This document shows, one piece after another, positions 46,497 through 61,130 of a stretch of 64,000 bases of DNA (its first letter is position 1; every line of letters starts with the position of its first letter). The notes below the pieces were generated by a model. That model worked only from the letters and a program-made list of their open reading frames with translations, was not told the DNA's origin and did not search any database. Source of the stretch: Squalus acanthias. Its lineage: Eukaryota. Where the stretch lies: positions 133,736,001 to 133,800,000 of the forward strand of contig CM059432.1 in NCBI GenBank assembly GCA_030390025.1, in the 5' to 3' direction. The translations under genes and the position numbers were made by a program.

Positions 46497-49400
46497 ATAA
46501 AGTCATAACTGCACAAAAGGAGGTATTTGGCCCATCGAGTCCGTGCCAGCTCTCTGTAGAGCAATCCAGTCAGTCCCATTCCCCCGCTCTATCCCCATAG
46601 CCCTGCAAGTTTATTTCCCTCAAGTGCCTATCCAGTCTCCCCTTGAAAACATTGAGTGTCTCCGCTTCCACCACTTCCGTCGGCAGCGAGTTCCAGGTTC
46701 TCACCACTCGCTGCGTAAAAAAGTTTTTCCTCACGTCCCCCCTGTATCTCTTGCCCAAAACCTTAAATCTGCGTCCCCTAGTCCTTGTACCATCAACGAG
46801 TGGGAACAGCCTTTCCCTGTCTAGCCTATCCAAACCCGTCATAATCTTGTACACCGCTATCAAATCACCCCTCAAACTCCTTTGCTCTAATGAAAACAAA
46901 TCCAGCTTCTCCAAGCTGTCCTTGTAGCTAAGATCCCCCATCCCCGGAATCATTCTGGTAAATCTCCTCTGCACCCCCTCAAGGGACTTCACATCCTTCC
47001 TAAAGTGTGGTGACCAGAACTGGATGCAATACTCCAGTTGTGGCCTAACCAGTGTTTTATAAAGATTCAGCATAACTTCTCTACTTTTGTACTCAATACC
47101 TCTATTTATGAAACCCAAGATCCCATATGCTTTGGTAACCACTCTCTCAATATGTCCTGCCACCTTCAGGGACCTATGCACATTAACTCCCAGGTCCCTC
47201 TGTCCCTGCACACTCTTTAAAACTGTGCCATTAAGTGTATATTGCCTCTCCCTGTTCCTTCTGCCAAAATGCATCACCTCACACTTCTCTGTATTAAATT
47301 CCATCTGCCACTTGTCTGCCCATTCTGCTAGCCTTTCCATGTCCTGTTGCAGTCGATTGGTATCGTCCTCACTGTTTGCCACACCCCCAAGTTTGGTGTC
47401 ATCAGCAAATTTAAGAAATTCTACTTTGTATTCCAATATCCAGGTTATATATATAAAAAGCAGTGGTCCCAGCAAAACAGCCATTTACCACAACTCACTG
47501 TTTTCTGTCCTTAAGCCAATTCCTCATCCAAGCTGCCACTGACCCACCTATTCCATGAGCCTCAATTTTGTTAACCAGCTTTCTCAGTGGTACTTTGTCA
47601 AACGCCTTCCTAAAATCCATGTAGACAACATCAATTGCATTCCCTTCAACAATCCTCCCTGTTACTTCATCAAAAAATTCAATTAGTTTAGTCAAACATG
47701 ATCTGCCTTTTACAAATCCATGTTGGCTCTCCTTAATTAGCTTAAACCTCTCCAAGTGCCCATTAATTGTTTCTTTGATTATTGTTTCTAAAACTTTACC
47801 CACCACTGATGTTAAACTGATCAGCCTGTAGTTACTAGGATTGTCCTTACACCCTTTCTTGAACAATGGTGTCACATTTGCCACTTTCCAATCCTCAGGC
47901 ACCTCCCCAGCATTTAGGGAAGACAGGAAAATTATGGCAAGCCCTTCCGCTATCTCCTCCCCCAATTCCCTTAACAACCTGGGATGCAAGCCATCTGGAC
48001 CAGGCGACTTAGCCACTTTAAGCATACCCAGCCTTTCTAGTACATCCTGTCTATCAATTTTCACCCTTTCCATTGCTTCTACCTTCTCTACTGCTACCGA
48101 TATTTTGTCAGCATCCACCTCCTTAGTAAACACCGATATAAAGTACTCATTGAGTATTCTAGCCTTGCCCTGCGTCTCTAAGCATAGAACATCTTCTTTG
48201 TCTCTAATAGGCCCCACCTCGCCTCTTACTACCCGCTTACTGTTAACATGCCGGTAGAAGACTTTTGGGTTCCTTTTTATGTTAACTGCCATTCTACTCT
48301 CATATTCTCTCTTTGCCAATCTTATTTTCATCTTCACTTCCCCTCTCAACTTATTGTAATTGGTCTGGTTCTCCCTTGAAGAATTCACCTGACATGCATC
48401 ATACACCCTCTTTTTTTGTTTCATCATCTTCTCTATCTCCCTCGTCATCCAAGGAGCCATTGCTTTGGTTCCCTTACCCTTCCCTCTTGTTGGAATGGAC
48501 CTAGCCTGGACTTGGAACATCTCCTCCTTAAAGATCACCCATTGTTCCGTTACAGTTTTTCCTGTCAGTCTTTGGTTCCATTTTACCCTGGCTAGATCCT
48601 TTTGCATCCCATTGAAGTTAACCCTATTCCTGTTTAGAAGTTTCACTCGAGATTGTTCGTTGCTCCTCTCCATTGCTAAATCTTGTGATACGATGATTAC
48701 TCGTGCCCAAGTGTTCTCCCAAGACACTTGGTCGACCTGGCCCACCTCATTCCCCAGCACTAGATCCAGCAATGCCTCCTTCCTAGTTGGGCCAAGAACA
48801 TACTGGTCAAGGAAATTCTCCTGAATGCATTTCAGAAATTCCTCCCCCTCCTTTCCCTTTACCCTAGCATTATCCCAATCGATATTTGGGTCATTAAAGT
48901 CCCCCAATATCACCACTCTATAGCTCTTGCATATCTCTGCGATTTCCCTGCAAGTTTGCTCCTCTACCTCCCTCTCACTAGTTGGAGGCCTATGGAATAC
49001 CCCCAGTAGCGTGATCATTCCCTTTTTGCTCCTCAACTCTAACCAAATGGATTCTGTCCTTGTCCCCTCAAGAACATCCTCCCTTTCCAAAACTACAATG
49101 TCTTCCTTAATCAGCATGTCACCCCACCTCCCTTTTATCCTTCCCTATCTTTTCTGAACACCTTGTACCCTTGAATATTAAGTGCCCAGTCCTCAGTGTT
49201 TTTAAGCCACGTTTCCGTTATTGCCACATCATATTGCTACATGGCTAATTGTGCTTGTAGCTCACCAGCCTTATTCACTACACTTTGTGCGTTTACGTAC
49301 ATGCATTCTAAACCCATTTTTGAATTTTTCGTAGTCTTTCTTAGTCTGCTCCTATCGAATATGGTACTACTTTCTTCTCTAGTACTATCCAACACACTCA

Positions 49401-49979
49401 CTCTTTTATGCACCTTATTCATCCTTTCTACTCCTATATGCTGGTGCCCATCGCCCTGCTAAGCTAGGTTAAACCCTCCTCAACAGCACTAGCAAACCTA
49501 CCCGTGAGAATATTGGTCCCGGCTCTGTTGAGGTGTAACCTGTCCAGCTTGTACAGGTCCCACCTTCCCCAGAAACGGTTCCACTGCCTCAGGAATCTAA
49601 AGCCCTCCCTCCTGCACCATCTCTCCAGCCACGCATTCATCTGTTCTATCCTTCTATTCCTGTACTCACTAGCACGTGGCACTGGGAATAATCCGGAGAT
49701 TACTACCTTTGAGGTCCTGCTTTTTAATTTCTCTCCTAGCTCCCTAAACTCTGCTCCCCTATCGAATCCCCTACCACTATTGCTCTTCCACTCTTTTTCC
49801 TCCCCACCTGTGCAGCTGAGCCACCAGTGGTGCCTTGGACTTGTCTTTTGGCTGCACTCCCCAGCGGAGCCATCGCCCCCACCAGTACTCAGAACAGAAT
49901 ACTGGTTGGCGAGTGAGATGCACTCTGGGGACTCCTGCACTACCTGCCTGGTCCTCCTCTTCTGTCTGGCGGTCACCCA
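46497..49979 (-). mobile_element. Near full-length decayed CR1 (ORF1 SGNH-esterase part plus frameshifted ORF2)
   Basis: ORFs 49464-49976 (KVVISG..PVPRA..LHLN..G), 49237-49422, 47495-49117, 46570-47484 (FADD). Confidence 0.92.
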
Positions 49980-50879
49980 TTCCAGCAGTGGTCAAAGTGA
50001 TCAGGAGTAGGAACCCTGGCTGATGTTCTTCTCACTAACCCAGGGATGCTGAGGCCAATTGACATGCCCCTGATGTGATCCTGGCTGAGATCCAGTGACT
50101 CAGTACAGACTGGGGATCAAATCTGGGACTTCCTGGAGTATATGGCTGAGCTGCTCGTTGGATAGATTAGCTGAGCTAAATTTAAATTCCTAATGGCTAT
50201 TTATCTCCAGCATAAAAGCTGTCCTTCATAGATTATGACAATGTACAGATAAGAAAAAAAAACATCAAAATGACACAATCAAAGGTGTCCAAAGAGCTGC
50301 AGCATTTCAAGTGTCGATTGTCCCACATTATCAGGTATTAACACCTGAGATCTATTCAGCACCTGGTGTGCACAGTGTGATCTAATACATTTCAGATGCA
50401 CTGTCAGTGTTCCAGGCGTTCAGTATCTGTTATCAGCAGGTGCGGCAATGGAGGTCCCACTATCATTTATGTAAACCATTTTTTAATTAAACAGTGCCTG
50501 CATTCGCTTCTTCTTGTTTCACAAACTGGGTATTTGTTTTTCTCAGTGTCGGCTTTGCTACTCAGGCACATATAAACCTGAGCCAGTGCAGTAAGCTTTA
50601 TGAAGCTGTATTGCATCTACCACCGCAGACCATTTGTCCTGGATACTTCATAGTATGCTGCCTCTACAGGAAGTCCTTTTTGACATTCTTCCATTTTTAC
50701 AGGTTGTGGAGAAGGAGGATCAGAGGAAGCATGCCAGACAGGTATATTGGCACCTTCACTGCATCTGCTTCATCTGCCATTATGTCATTACAGGGTCAGA
50801 CATTCCTAGTTGCACATGCAGGAAGTCACCTTCATAGAGGACTTCCCAAACAAGCCCTCACATAAATCTGTACACTGCA

Positions 50880-53800
50880 GAAGTCACATCTGGAATATAC
50901 TTCTAGCACTGGCTGTCAAGGTAGCTGCTGCCTTGACCTTTCAATCCATGGAGTCCCTGCGAACAGCAGCAGGGGAGTTCCATCAAATCACAAAACCAGC
51001 AGCGCACAGTTGCATCCTGCAGGTCATAGGTGCCTTGTTTGAACAGGCCGCTCCATTCAGTTATTCTCCACGATAGACACATAGCAACGCAATGGCAAAG
51101 AGGCCCTGGCATCAAGCAGACATGACAAGAGCCACAACAGAAACCATTGCCATAAGCCAACCCTCATGAAGAGGTGCATCTGCACAAATGACTGATCTCT
51201 CTTTAAGACTCTTATGGCTGCCTATGATAAACAACACAATCACTCAAGTGCCAGATGCATACAATGCACTGCCGTCATCTGCACATGTGCCCCGCACACT
51301 GAGCAAAAAGACCACTGTGGCCATTTGCCACAGCTTCACACTTAAACCCATGAACTTTAATCTGCCTCATCTGAAAAGATCTCAGGATACATGAAAATAC
51401 CAATTTTATTTGCTCTTTATTTTCAAAGCTCCTAGCTTCATTTAAAGTCTCTCTCAAAACGGTTTCTTGTTTGCGTAATTTCCCTAAAATGAAGTTGAAG
51501 ATTGTAAAATGTTTGTTCCCATGGAGATTCTCTTCTTTATCATTTCTTTGTGGGTGGATGAAGAGGAGGAGGAACAGCAGGGAACCTGTGAAGCCAGACT
51601 CATAAGGCGGCATCACAGGAGATCGAGAACTTCCTACAGATACACCACCACCAGGATGTACAGCACCAGAAGATCAATCCTCAATATATCCATGCAGTTA
51701 CATGTTAGAAGGCCTCTGTAATCTGTGGAAAGTGTGCAGAAGTTCCTGGAGCTGCCACTTGCTCCAGGATGCTTTGCCATGTAGAGAAACGCTCTCTGAT
51801 GGTACCCTAAAGAACATAAGAACATAAGAAATAAGAGCAGGAGTAGGCCACACGGCCCCTCGAGCCTGCTCCGCCATTCAATAAGATCATGGCTGATCTT
51901 CTACATCAACTCCATTTTCCCACCCTATCCCCATATCCCTTGATTCCCTTAGTGTCCAAAAATGTATCGATCTCAGCCTTGAATATACTCAACGACTGAG
52001 CATCCACAGCCCTCTGGGGCAGAGAATTCCAAAGATTCACAACTCTCTGAATGAATAAATTCCTCCTCATCTCAGTCCTAAATGGCTGACCCCTTATCCT
52101 GAGATTATGACCCCCATTTCTGCACTCTCCAGTCAGGAGAAACAGCCTCTTAGCATCTACCCTGTCAAGCCGTCTAAGAATTTTATACTTTTCAATGAGA
52201 TCACCTCTCATTATTCTAAACTCCAGAGAATATAGGCACATTCTACTCAATCTCTCCTCATAGGACAACCCTCTCATCCCAGGAATCAGTCTGGTGAACC
52301 TTTGTTGCTCCCCTCTAAGGCAAGTATGTCCTTCCTTAGATAAGATGACCAAAACTGTACACAGTACTCCAGGTGTGGTCTCACCAAAGCCCTATATAAT
52401 TGCAGCGAGACTTCCTAACTTTTATACTCCAACCCCCTTGCAATAAAGGATGGCATTGAACTCTGCCACATATCTTCGGAGAGTCTTTGCAGTGCCTACA
52501 TACTACAAACATTTTTGTTTTCATGGCAGGACCCAAGATTGTCACCTGAATGCTCAACAAGCAGAATCTTACATCTCCTAAGCCTCCACTCAGGTACATC
52601 ATGTTCCACCTCAAATACGTGACTCTCTGGCTTCCTTATGAGTTGGCAATCATCTTATGTTAGCTCTTCATCTAGGCATCACAAGGAGTTAACCTATCTG
52701 GGCTGGTAAGTGCAAGTGATAGGGTTCATGACAGAGTGGGCCAATTTTTGCTGGCAGTGCCAGATATCGAAGGTTCTGGCATTGGCCGTTTTCTCTCTCT
52801 CTCTCTGCAGCATCTTTCTTGCTTCCAGTTTCTGTGAAGGTAAGTACAATGAGAAATGTAATGAGTTTCCTGCTGTCCACTTTTTCCTTCCAGTTAGGCT
52901 CATGTAAGGTACTCCTCAGAATATGAGCGTCAAGAATGAGAAACCATTTCTAGTCTTTGATGATTAGCACTTAGTTAACACAAACCACCTGTAGGTGCAG
53001 GCCCTGCCATGTCTCCATCCCCAAAAGCATTAGCTGAGTGAGTTCCGAGGATTTGCTTTTTCTCCTCTTCCTCCTGCTGCTCCTCCTCCTGTAGCATGAC
53101 CTTCTGAAATACATGAACGCCTGTTGATACCTCAACTATTTTCTGTGGGAATTCCGTAAGAGAAGTGATGAGAATTTTCAAATAGGTGTCAGATTAAATG
53201 GTCTGTGACTAACAATAACAATAATTCTTGTGTCATTGAGGTAAAGATTGTGCCCAATTCCCAAGGATGCTGTCGCCATTAAAGTGAAATCTTCCATGTG
53301 CAGATGTGACTACAGATCATTTAGTGCACAGGGTGATACCCTTCGATTTGTGGATGCATTTTAACTTTGAATATAGTTCATCTGTCTGAAATGTACAAAA
53401 CGTGCATTAACAGCACTTGCTGACCTGGTGAGATCATTAAACCTCATCCTACTTTGGAAAGGGGTCCTGGGGATTAGGGAGTCACTACTCACTACCTATG
53501 CCATTTCCTTCCACATGGTCATGGCTGCTGTATTGACACTTCTCGTGCCACACGTTCCCACTGTTGCACCCCGTGCCTAATTTCAGCTTGAACAATATTC
53601 ATGTCACAGTCCAAGAAGTTTTGAGGTTCTCTTCTTACTGGTTCCTTTTTGGATCCACATCTTCAGCTTAGCAACCCTGCTGCTTCTGCTTGAGGAGCAG
53701 TCCAGCTTTAAATGCTGCAGCGGCATCCTTAAGTGCTTAATCCACAGCCCGCATATGTTCTGGGTTTCCCGGTGTAGGTAACCAATTGCCGGCAGGACGT

Positions 53801-53943
53801 GCATCTTTGTCTCACCCAGCAATATTAAAAGGACCTGACCCCGGAATTTCTGACAGGTTGAGTGTTGGGGACCATTGGGCAGACGGAAATCCCACTCCAC
53901 CACAGGTACGGCGGCAGATTGAGCGACGTGAAGTTTCAGGGCC
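50880..53943. mobile_element. Jumbled decayed Harbinger fragments
   Basis: LAVKVAAAL...AAHSCILQVIGALF at about 50905-51050; RFNDLTRSA-like Myb remnant (minus, about 53420-53445); TIR-like AAGTTTCAGGGCC at 53931-53943. Confidence 0.5.
51812..52455 (-). mobile_element. CR1 3' end fragment
   Basis: ORF 51906-52352 ([18 protein letters not shown]); gaacataa-type tail. Confidence 0.9.
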
Positions 53944-55459
53944 TGTGTGTGTATGTTACACAGGTTACTTTAGGGTTATATAGTGTGATGAGTGAGAAGC
54001 CAACATAACCACTCGAAGAAATCATGGATTTGATTAATTGCTTTTGCGGTGGTTGCTGACTCATTGATCTTTTTTTTTGTTTGTGAATGAAAATTTGCAG
54101 AGTGGTGTTCATTTATCTTCATTGCTGGCCAACAAAGCATTTTAGCCTATCAGCATACTTTGTAGCTTACTAGTTTTCCCACACCCAACACATTCTTCCT
54201 AAAGGATACTTCCTGTCCTACAGACAGTTTTGTCTTCAGGCATGTGCCAGCTGTGAGAGTGTTCATTACATCAATATAGATAATGGCCCCATGTATGCCA
54301 GCTTTGTGCCCCTGGGCTGGGACCTGTGCCCAGTGATCCTCTCCACCAGTGACCCCATCATAATTTGACGAGTCAACTCATTGAAATATTCAGTGGCAGT
54401 TCAGTAGCACAAATCTTGTGTCAAACAGGAGTAGTGTGCTGGGAGTGGGGGGGAAGGAGTCAAAAAATTGGGAGTGCAGCCTATAAAAGTCAAGAATTGA
54501 TTAAAGATTGCAGCAGCAGGCTGGGAGATCAAAAGGAAAGTAGGGAAGTGTCCGGCTCAGTGCGTTGACTGCCAGATAGCTGTAATGGTCGACTCGTGTG
54601 TGGGTTTGTGCCACTCTTAAAGAAGATCTTCAGGACTTGGCAGCGGTACCCGAAGAATGGGGCAGGGCATTGCAAGGTTGCCATCATATCCTTGCAAAGC
54701 AACACACAGCAACAAGCTTCCATGCCTTTCTCTCGCTCTTTCATCCCAAGGGGGTTATGCTCACCTATTCTGAGCTTAGCCCTCTTTTCCTGTAGGTCCA
54801 TCACAGCAAACTGAGATGAAGAAGACAATGAAGAGGATGAGGGAAGGACATTTTTCCCATGGACGTTGAGAATGACAATGATGAAGGTGTGGATGTTGCG
54901 GTCAAGGCCACGCAGGAGTCCTTGGAACAAGGTCGCGCCCGTGTTCCTCTGCCACAAACCCCTCAATCTCACCCCTGTGTCACTTGCTTTCTCACTGCCA
55001 TATAGCAGCTCAGATACTTTCATCCAGGTGAATGCTACAGTGTCAGTGAGGCTAAGACACAAGATGATTCATGAGGGAGCCAGAGGATTGTGGAGTGGTT
55101 GAGGATGTGCCAACTTCCCAGCAAAGGCTGAGGAGAAGGTTACCCATGGCTTTGGAGTTGTGGGACCCAGATCTCATGGGTTCGCCTGCAAAGAAGGATG
55201 TTCAAGAAACGTCACACCTCCTCCAAGGATGTGCAGTGACTGACAACCGTGACCCTAGAGTCGATAGTTATCATTTTCAGGAACATGAGCAAAACTTTCT
55301 TTTCATTGCAGCAAGCAATGGAGCGTATGGCAGTTTCACTGGAGAAGCGGCTCTGGGGCAGTTGATGCCTCCTCCTCCTCTACAGAAACACAGACTGCTG
55401 CCCTGGTAGCAGTAGGGGACAGATTAAACATTACTCATCATGCCAGCTTTCAGACCCTT

Positions 55460-55925
55460 AGACTGATTCCTGGGATGGGGGATTCTCCTATGAGGTCAGA
55501 TTGAGTAGACTAGGCCTATATTCCCTCGAGTTTAGAAGAATGAAAGGTGATCTCATTGAAACGTATAAAATTCTTAAGGGGCTTGACAGGGTAGATGCAG
55601 GGAGGATGTTTCCCCTGGCTGGGGAGTCTAGAACTAGGGGTCACAGTCTCAGAATAAGGGGTCGGCCATTTAGGACTGAGATGAGTAGAAACTTCTTCAG
55701 TCAAAGGATTATGAATCTTTGAAATTCTCTACCCTAGAGGGCTGTGGTTGCTTCGTCGTTGAGTATATTCAAGACAGAGATCGATAGATTTTTGGATACA
55801 AGGGATATGGGGATTGGGCGGAATGTTAGAGTTGAGGTAGAAGATCAGCCATGATCTTATTTAATGGCAGAGCAAACTCAAAGGGCTGAATGGCCTACTC
55901 CTGCTCCTATTTCTAATGTTCTTAG
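55460..55925 (+). mobile_element. CR1 3' end fragment
   Basis: RLGLYSLEFRRM.GDLIE; CR1 3' UTR. Confidence 0.88.
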
Positions 55926-56257
55926 GCCAGGATGCAAACTGCTGTCTCTCAGGATCTGATAGCTGCCATTAGATCAGCCAGACTACTGATCAGTAAGGAT
56001 ACAGACCCAAGGAATGGTGACAGCTGGAGGCAACATGCATGAGGCTGCTGGCTCTCAGAGCAACCCTGCAAACCAGGCATCCGGCCTTCCCCTCTCAGAC
56101 CACCATGCAAGTGACACATAGGAGGCGACACCCTGGCACAAGCTCAAAAGAAAGAGCCAGGATCAGCTCCCTCCAACGAGCAACCTGCCATGAGAGAAGG
56201 AGCACCTCAGTCCTATGAGCTTTCTGTAGCACACCTCTTCACAGAATCCCCACAATG

Positions 56258-56550
56258 CAGATAGAGGCCATTTCGGCCCATCGAGCCTGCACCGACACAT
56301 ATCCCACCCTATCCCCGTAACCCCACGTATTTAATCCCCCCTAACACTAAGGGTCAATTTATCATAGCCAAATCAACCTAACCCGCACATCTTTGGACTG
56401 TGGGAGGAAACCAGAGCACCCGGAGGAAACCCACGCAGACACGGGGAGAATGTGCAAACTCCACACAGACAGTCACCCGAGGCTGGATTCGAACCCGGGT
56501 CCCTGGCGCTGCGAGGCAACAGTGCTAACCACTATGCCACCGTGCTGCCC
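56258..56550 (-). mobile_element. HE1-type V-SINE
   Basis: GGGCAGCACGGTGGCATAGTGGTTAGCAC A-box, GGTTCGAATCC B-box, V-domain GTGGGTTTCCTCCGGGTGCTC.GGTTTCCTCCCAC. Confidence 0.88.
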
Positions 56551-56899
56551 TTGCGGTACTTGAGAAGAGATGTTTAGATACCCAGGGAAATCACGGTGCA
56601 AGGAAAGAGCAGGTTGGCTTATAGTCACTTTAGAGGTCATTGCATTAGAGTAGAATGTGTCTTTATGTCGTGCTTTGTTATTCATGGAGATTATAGTCAT
56701 ACACAAAAGGGTGCACTTATTTCATTTTGATTTATACAAATGCAAGTTGTTGTTATTCAGATGATTGGTTAATGTAGGACCAAAGAGGTTTGACGTGAGG
56801 TTATGTGGAGTAGCAGGATGGATACTGGATTGAAGGTGAGGGAGAAGGAATTATAGCAATGTGTTAAACAGGTGGAGAGACTTCAATGATCAACTGTGC

Positions 56900-57810
56900 T
56901 CTGATGCCCCTTGCATTAGTCACCGAGAAGTCCTCAAATGACAATCATTCTGATCCTCTCCTCCATGTTGTTCTGCTTCAGGTGGAGCCCCTTCCCCAGG
57001 GATGTCCATGTCCAGGCCATCGTGAATGGCAAAGTTGTGCAGAGCAGTATGCATAGTCTATACAGGATGCAAGATCTGGAGTATATTGCAGAGCCCTCCC
57101 CCACCCCCCGCCCGCCCGCCCCACACCCCTGACATATCAAAATAGAGAAAGCATCCCATTAAGACCCTGAAGGTCTTCTCAATGAAATCTCTGGTATTCA
57201 TCAGGTGACTGATATATTTTTCAGGAGAAGCACGTACCTCATTGTTGCGTTCTTTGTTGCTGTTCTTGCAAATCTTAGCGGGGTCATTATCCATGGCACC
57301 AAACAATATGCCTAGTCATTCACAAGCCAAGTGTTTGCACGCTTACCTTCTTTAAAGAGCTTAGGGAGGGCAGAATTCCCAAGGACAAATGCTTCATGGC
57401 AACTGCAAGCAAATCACACATTGACGTGGAGGATTCTCTCCATATTGTCACTCACGATCTAAACATTGGCTGTGTTGGAGCCCTCTCTGCTAAGAAAGTT
57501 GAGGGGCTTAACTGCAGGAGTATGCAATGGTGCATGGGGTGCTATCTATTGAGAAACCCAGCAATGCCATGAAACCAGATGGCCCGATCATGCAGCTGCC
57601 TTGTTGGGATGCCGACTTGATGAATTCCCCCATCTCTCCTGAAAAGTGTGCCAGTCACCTGATGAATACATGCACAGATGGCACCCTGGCTCATATTACA
57701 CGGATGCCCTGTGACTGCTTGAAACAACCCAGTGTCATAAATGTTGAGTGCAGTTGTGACTTTCACAGCCACAGCAGAGCTCTGCAAGCAGATGGCCTCG
57801 GCCACAGGTC
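56900..57810 (-). pseudogene. Decayed Harbinger (HARBI1-like DDE) transposase
   Basis: VAVKVTTALN.Y.TG.FQ..TG..C.MSQ.A...CI.QVT..LF and C.L..NF-like segments with stops and frameshifts; probably part of a larger decayed element at about 54400-58600. Confidence 0.75.
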
Positions 57811-59776
57811 CTCATGCAGTCGGCTGCAGAGCTCTCCCAATACTCCCCTGGTTAAGTGCATTCTTCTAACACAGAGCTCCTCACCTAGGTCTTCATAGGA
57901 TCTGCATGGCCTGTAAATTATTTTGGGGTGGGGGGGGGGTGCGGGGGAAGGGTGGAGGTAACAACTTGCATCCTCCTCATATGCTACTTCACTTTCCTTT
58001 CCTCCATCCTCTCCTGTTGCTGCTACTCCTGGTTAAGCAATGCCTCAATTTTAAAATTCTCATCCTTGTTTTCAAATCCCTCCATGGCCTCGCCCCTCCC
58101 TATCTCTGTAATCTCCTTCAGCCCCACAACCCCTGGAGATATCTGTGCTCCTTTAATGCTGGCCTCTTGAACATCCCTGATTTTAATCGCTCAACCATTG
58201 GTGGCCATGCCTTCAGCTGCCTAGGCCCTAAGCTCTGAATTCCCTAAACCTCTCCGTCTCTCTATCCTCCTTAAAACCTACCTTTTTGACCACGCTTTTG
58301 GTCATCTGCACTAATTTCTCCTTATGTGGCTCGGTGTGAAACTTTGTTTTATAACACTCCCGTGAAGCGCCTTGGGACGTTTTACGACATTAAAGACGCT
58401 ATATAAATACAAGTTGTTGTTGGTATTGTTATAGTATAATGGTGGACAAATTCCCATTGGGAATCCCATACCTGGTCCTCAGAACCTCTCCCTGTGGTGG
58501 GGGGGAGGGGGAAAATTATCATAGTCCCTCAGGCCGTCAGAGGCAAGCCCAGTGCCGTCTAGGTGAGAAAAAAAAAGCTCCTAAATCTCCTTCCCAGCTC
58601 TGATTCAGAAGATCATCACTTCCGCCAGTCTCAGCTCTTCCCGGCAACAGGTACACCTTATTTAGCACTCATAATTCCCAGTCACTCATCAGCTAACATT
58701 ACAGTTCAAGAAGGCTCCACAGCTTATTAGAATAACCAATGTGCAGTATCAAGGGATGCAAGGCCTGATCCTAGTGCTGCTGAGAACCTCCCCCCCCACT
58801 GCCCTTCCTCCTGGCCTCCCCCCCCCCCCTCCGGGAGACAGGGAAAGCTGCACGGACGGCATCAGCTTTAGACTGCTGTCGTACTGCCCTGGAGGCCAAT
58901 TCAAAGTGACATCAGTGGAGGTCTGAGAGCAAGTTGCCCACCCACTTCCTCAGTTAAAGTTGGTGGGTGCCCCGAGGAGACTGGGGAAAAAAATATGCAA
59001 AGTTTACTCTCAGATTAAAAATAAGTAAATAAACAAACGCATTTCAAATGAAGTCATGCAACATAATAGCTATCTACATCAGAGTTGTCAAATTTAATCA
59101 GGGCGCACAATCCATTTATATTGCCATTTAAGCTTTGCTGTTTGAATATAATTGCTTAACTATACATAACCAAAGCACATTTCTGTTGCTAAAAAAAAAA
59201 AATGCCCACGTAGCAGATATTTGTCGAAATCATTTGATTGTATTTGACGAACAGAATGTGTTCCACTGGGAGAAAGAGTACCACTCGTGAGCTTAAGCTG
59301 TTACTTATTGGGAATATAAAATAAACTATTACATTATGTAACAATCACTCGAAAACATACAAGAACTCAAAACTCCCCACTGATCAGAAGCACATATTGC
59401 TAGCCTCACATCGGTTGTTTAACACATGCATTATTCTGATTTCAGAGTTTTACATCTTAACTGGAGTTTCTCTTGAATACAAATGTATTATTGAAAACTG
59501 TCAATAAAGCCACTGAAAATTGATTATTGTAATGATTTTATAACCACGATAGTAACAGTGCTAAGAATAGATAGATTTATGAATCGTTATTAAGTGAGGA
59601 GACTTGCCTCAAAAGCCCTTAATTTTGGCTATTCATTAAAATTAAAATGAATCATGACCTAATAATTGCTACTTTGTTAAGAAATTAATGATAAACATTG
59701 TCTGGCAGTAAAATATCCAGACACAGACAGACACGTAATCTACAGTTGAAACATGCACAGCAAGGGATCTGGATAC

Positions 59777-59926
59777 CTTTGTTTTTTTCCTTACAAATGC
59801 CATCACTCGTTGCTTGGCTTCTTCCTCCTGTGTTTTGACAGACAGCTTTTCGTGCTGAACCAGATGCTTCTGCTGCGACCGACAATCCATGTGTGCATCA
59901 TGAACCCTCCGTCGTTGATCTCGGGC
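59777..59926 (-). CDS. OFCC1: OFCC1-like internal exon C (ARDQRRRVHD...VMAFVRKKTK), coiled-coil-like
   Basis: aatag| ... |gtatcc; 150 nt, phase 0-0, open frame, charged helical composition. Confidence 0.8.
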
Positions 59927-60517
59927 CTATTCAAGCATAAAAAATTATAGATTGCGATGCTCTTAAGTACCAAACATGGTACAAGGGTAATTATTCTATT
60001 GTTCAATGTTTTTAACATAACTACCTTTCAGCTGCACATTATTCCGCCTTTTTTAATCCTATGCGAAATGTTCCTCTCAAAAATTCTTGTTAGCCTGTAA
60101 CGTAATAATCAGGAAGCTGCTCCCTGCTATTTTATATGTGCAATAAATAGATGATTCATTGGGATATTTTTATTATAAAAAAAGAGAGCTTATTTGCGGA
60201 TTTACCTGTTCGCATTCTCTCAAATATTTTAATGAATACATCGCTAATCCTTAAGTACCCATGACACACATTAGTAACTTGTGATTGAAGCCAGCAACAA
60301 AAATATAGTAATACAAAGGTAGTTGCAATATACTAAATGGATTTAAAAAATAAATAGCACCCTTACACAATATTTTTCATGCATGATTTCTGTGATGCAG
60401 AGCTTGCGTCAGTCATTTCAGGATGGCAAGAATTATTTTTTTAGGTGGTGCAGGAATATGACAGCATAATAAGAGAGAGGGATAAGATGACATTGTTATT
60501 TAGTTTTTAAGTCTGAC

Positions 60518-60681
60518 CTGTTCCAGTGAAAGGCTGCCAACCAGAATCACGTCATCTTGTACGCTCTGCTCAAACTGTTCGACATAAGGAGGGATCATCT
60601 CACTCTCCACCTCCTGTCGCAGGCCCAGTATATGGCTGTGAGCTCCAGTGCTTTCACGCCCCATGCAAGCTCCAGTGGTTT
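60518..60681 (-). CDS. OFCC1: OFCC1-like internal exon B (ETTGAC...EMIPPYVEQFEQSVQDDVILVGSLSLEQ)
   Basis: gacag| ... |gtcaga; 164 nt, phase 1-0; PPYVEQFE..VQDD motif recalled from vertebrate OFCC1 homologues. Confidence 0.85.
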
Positions 60682-60914
60682 CTGTCATCAGATACATAGA
60701 AACTACTCCTGAACATGTTGCACCACGGGTGCCTTATAAATCTGACCTTTAGTTAAAGTGGTAGCCTCGAGAACTCCACCCATCTAAAACAACCACCCTC
60801 GGTAAATCTGACTTCTTCACACAATGTGCATTATATCCCACCAGATAGTTGTGAAACGATGTGGACCTCGTCTATCAGTACGGAAGAAGCATTCTCTGAT
60901 TGGGCAGCAGAATT

Positions 60915-61130
60915 CTTTTTTTTATTCGTTCCTGGGATGTGGGCTTCGCTGGCATTTATTGCCCATCCCTAATTGCCCTCGAGAAGGTGGTGTGGTGAGC
61001 TGCCTTCTTGAACCGCTGCAGTCCGTGTGGTGAAGGTGCTCCCATAGTGCTTTTAGGGAGGGAGTTCCGGGATTTTGACCCAGCGACAATGAAGGAACGG
61101 CGATAAACTTTCAAGTCAGGATAGTGTGAA
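60915..61130 (-). mobile_element. 3' end fragment of the same LINE family
   Basis: Matches 4760-4975. Confidence 0.8.
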
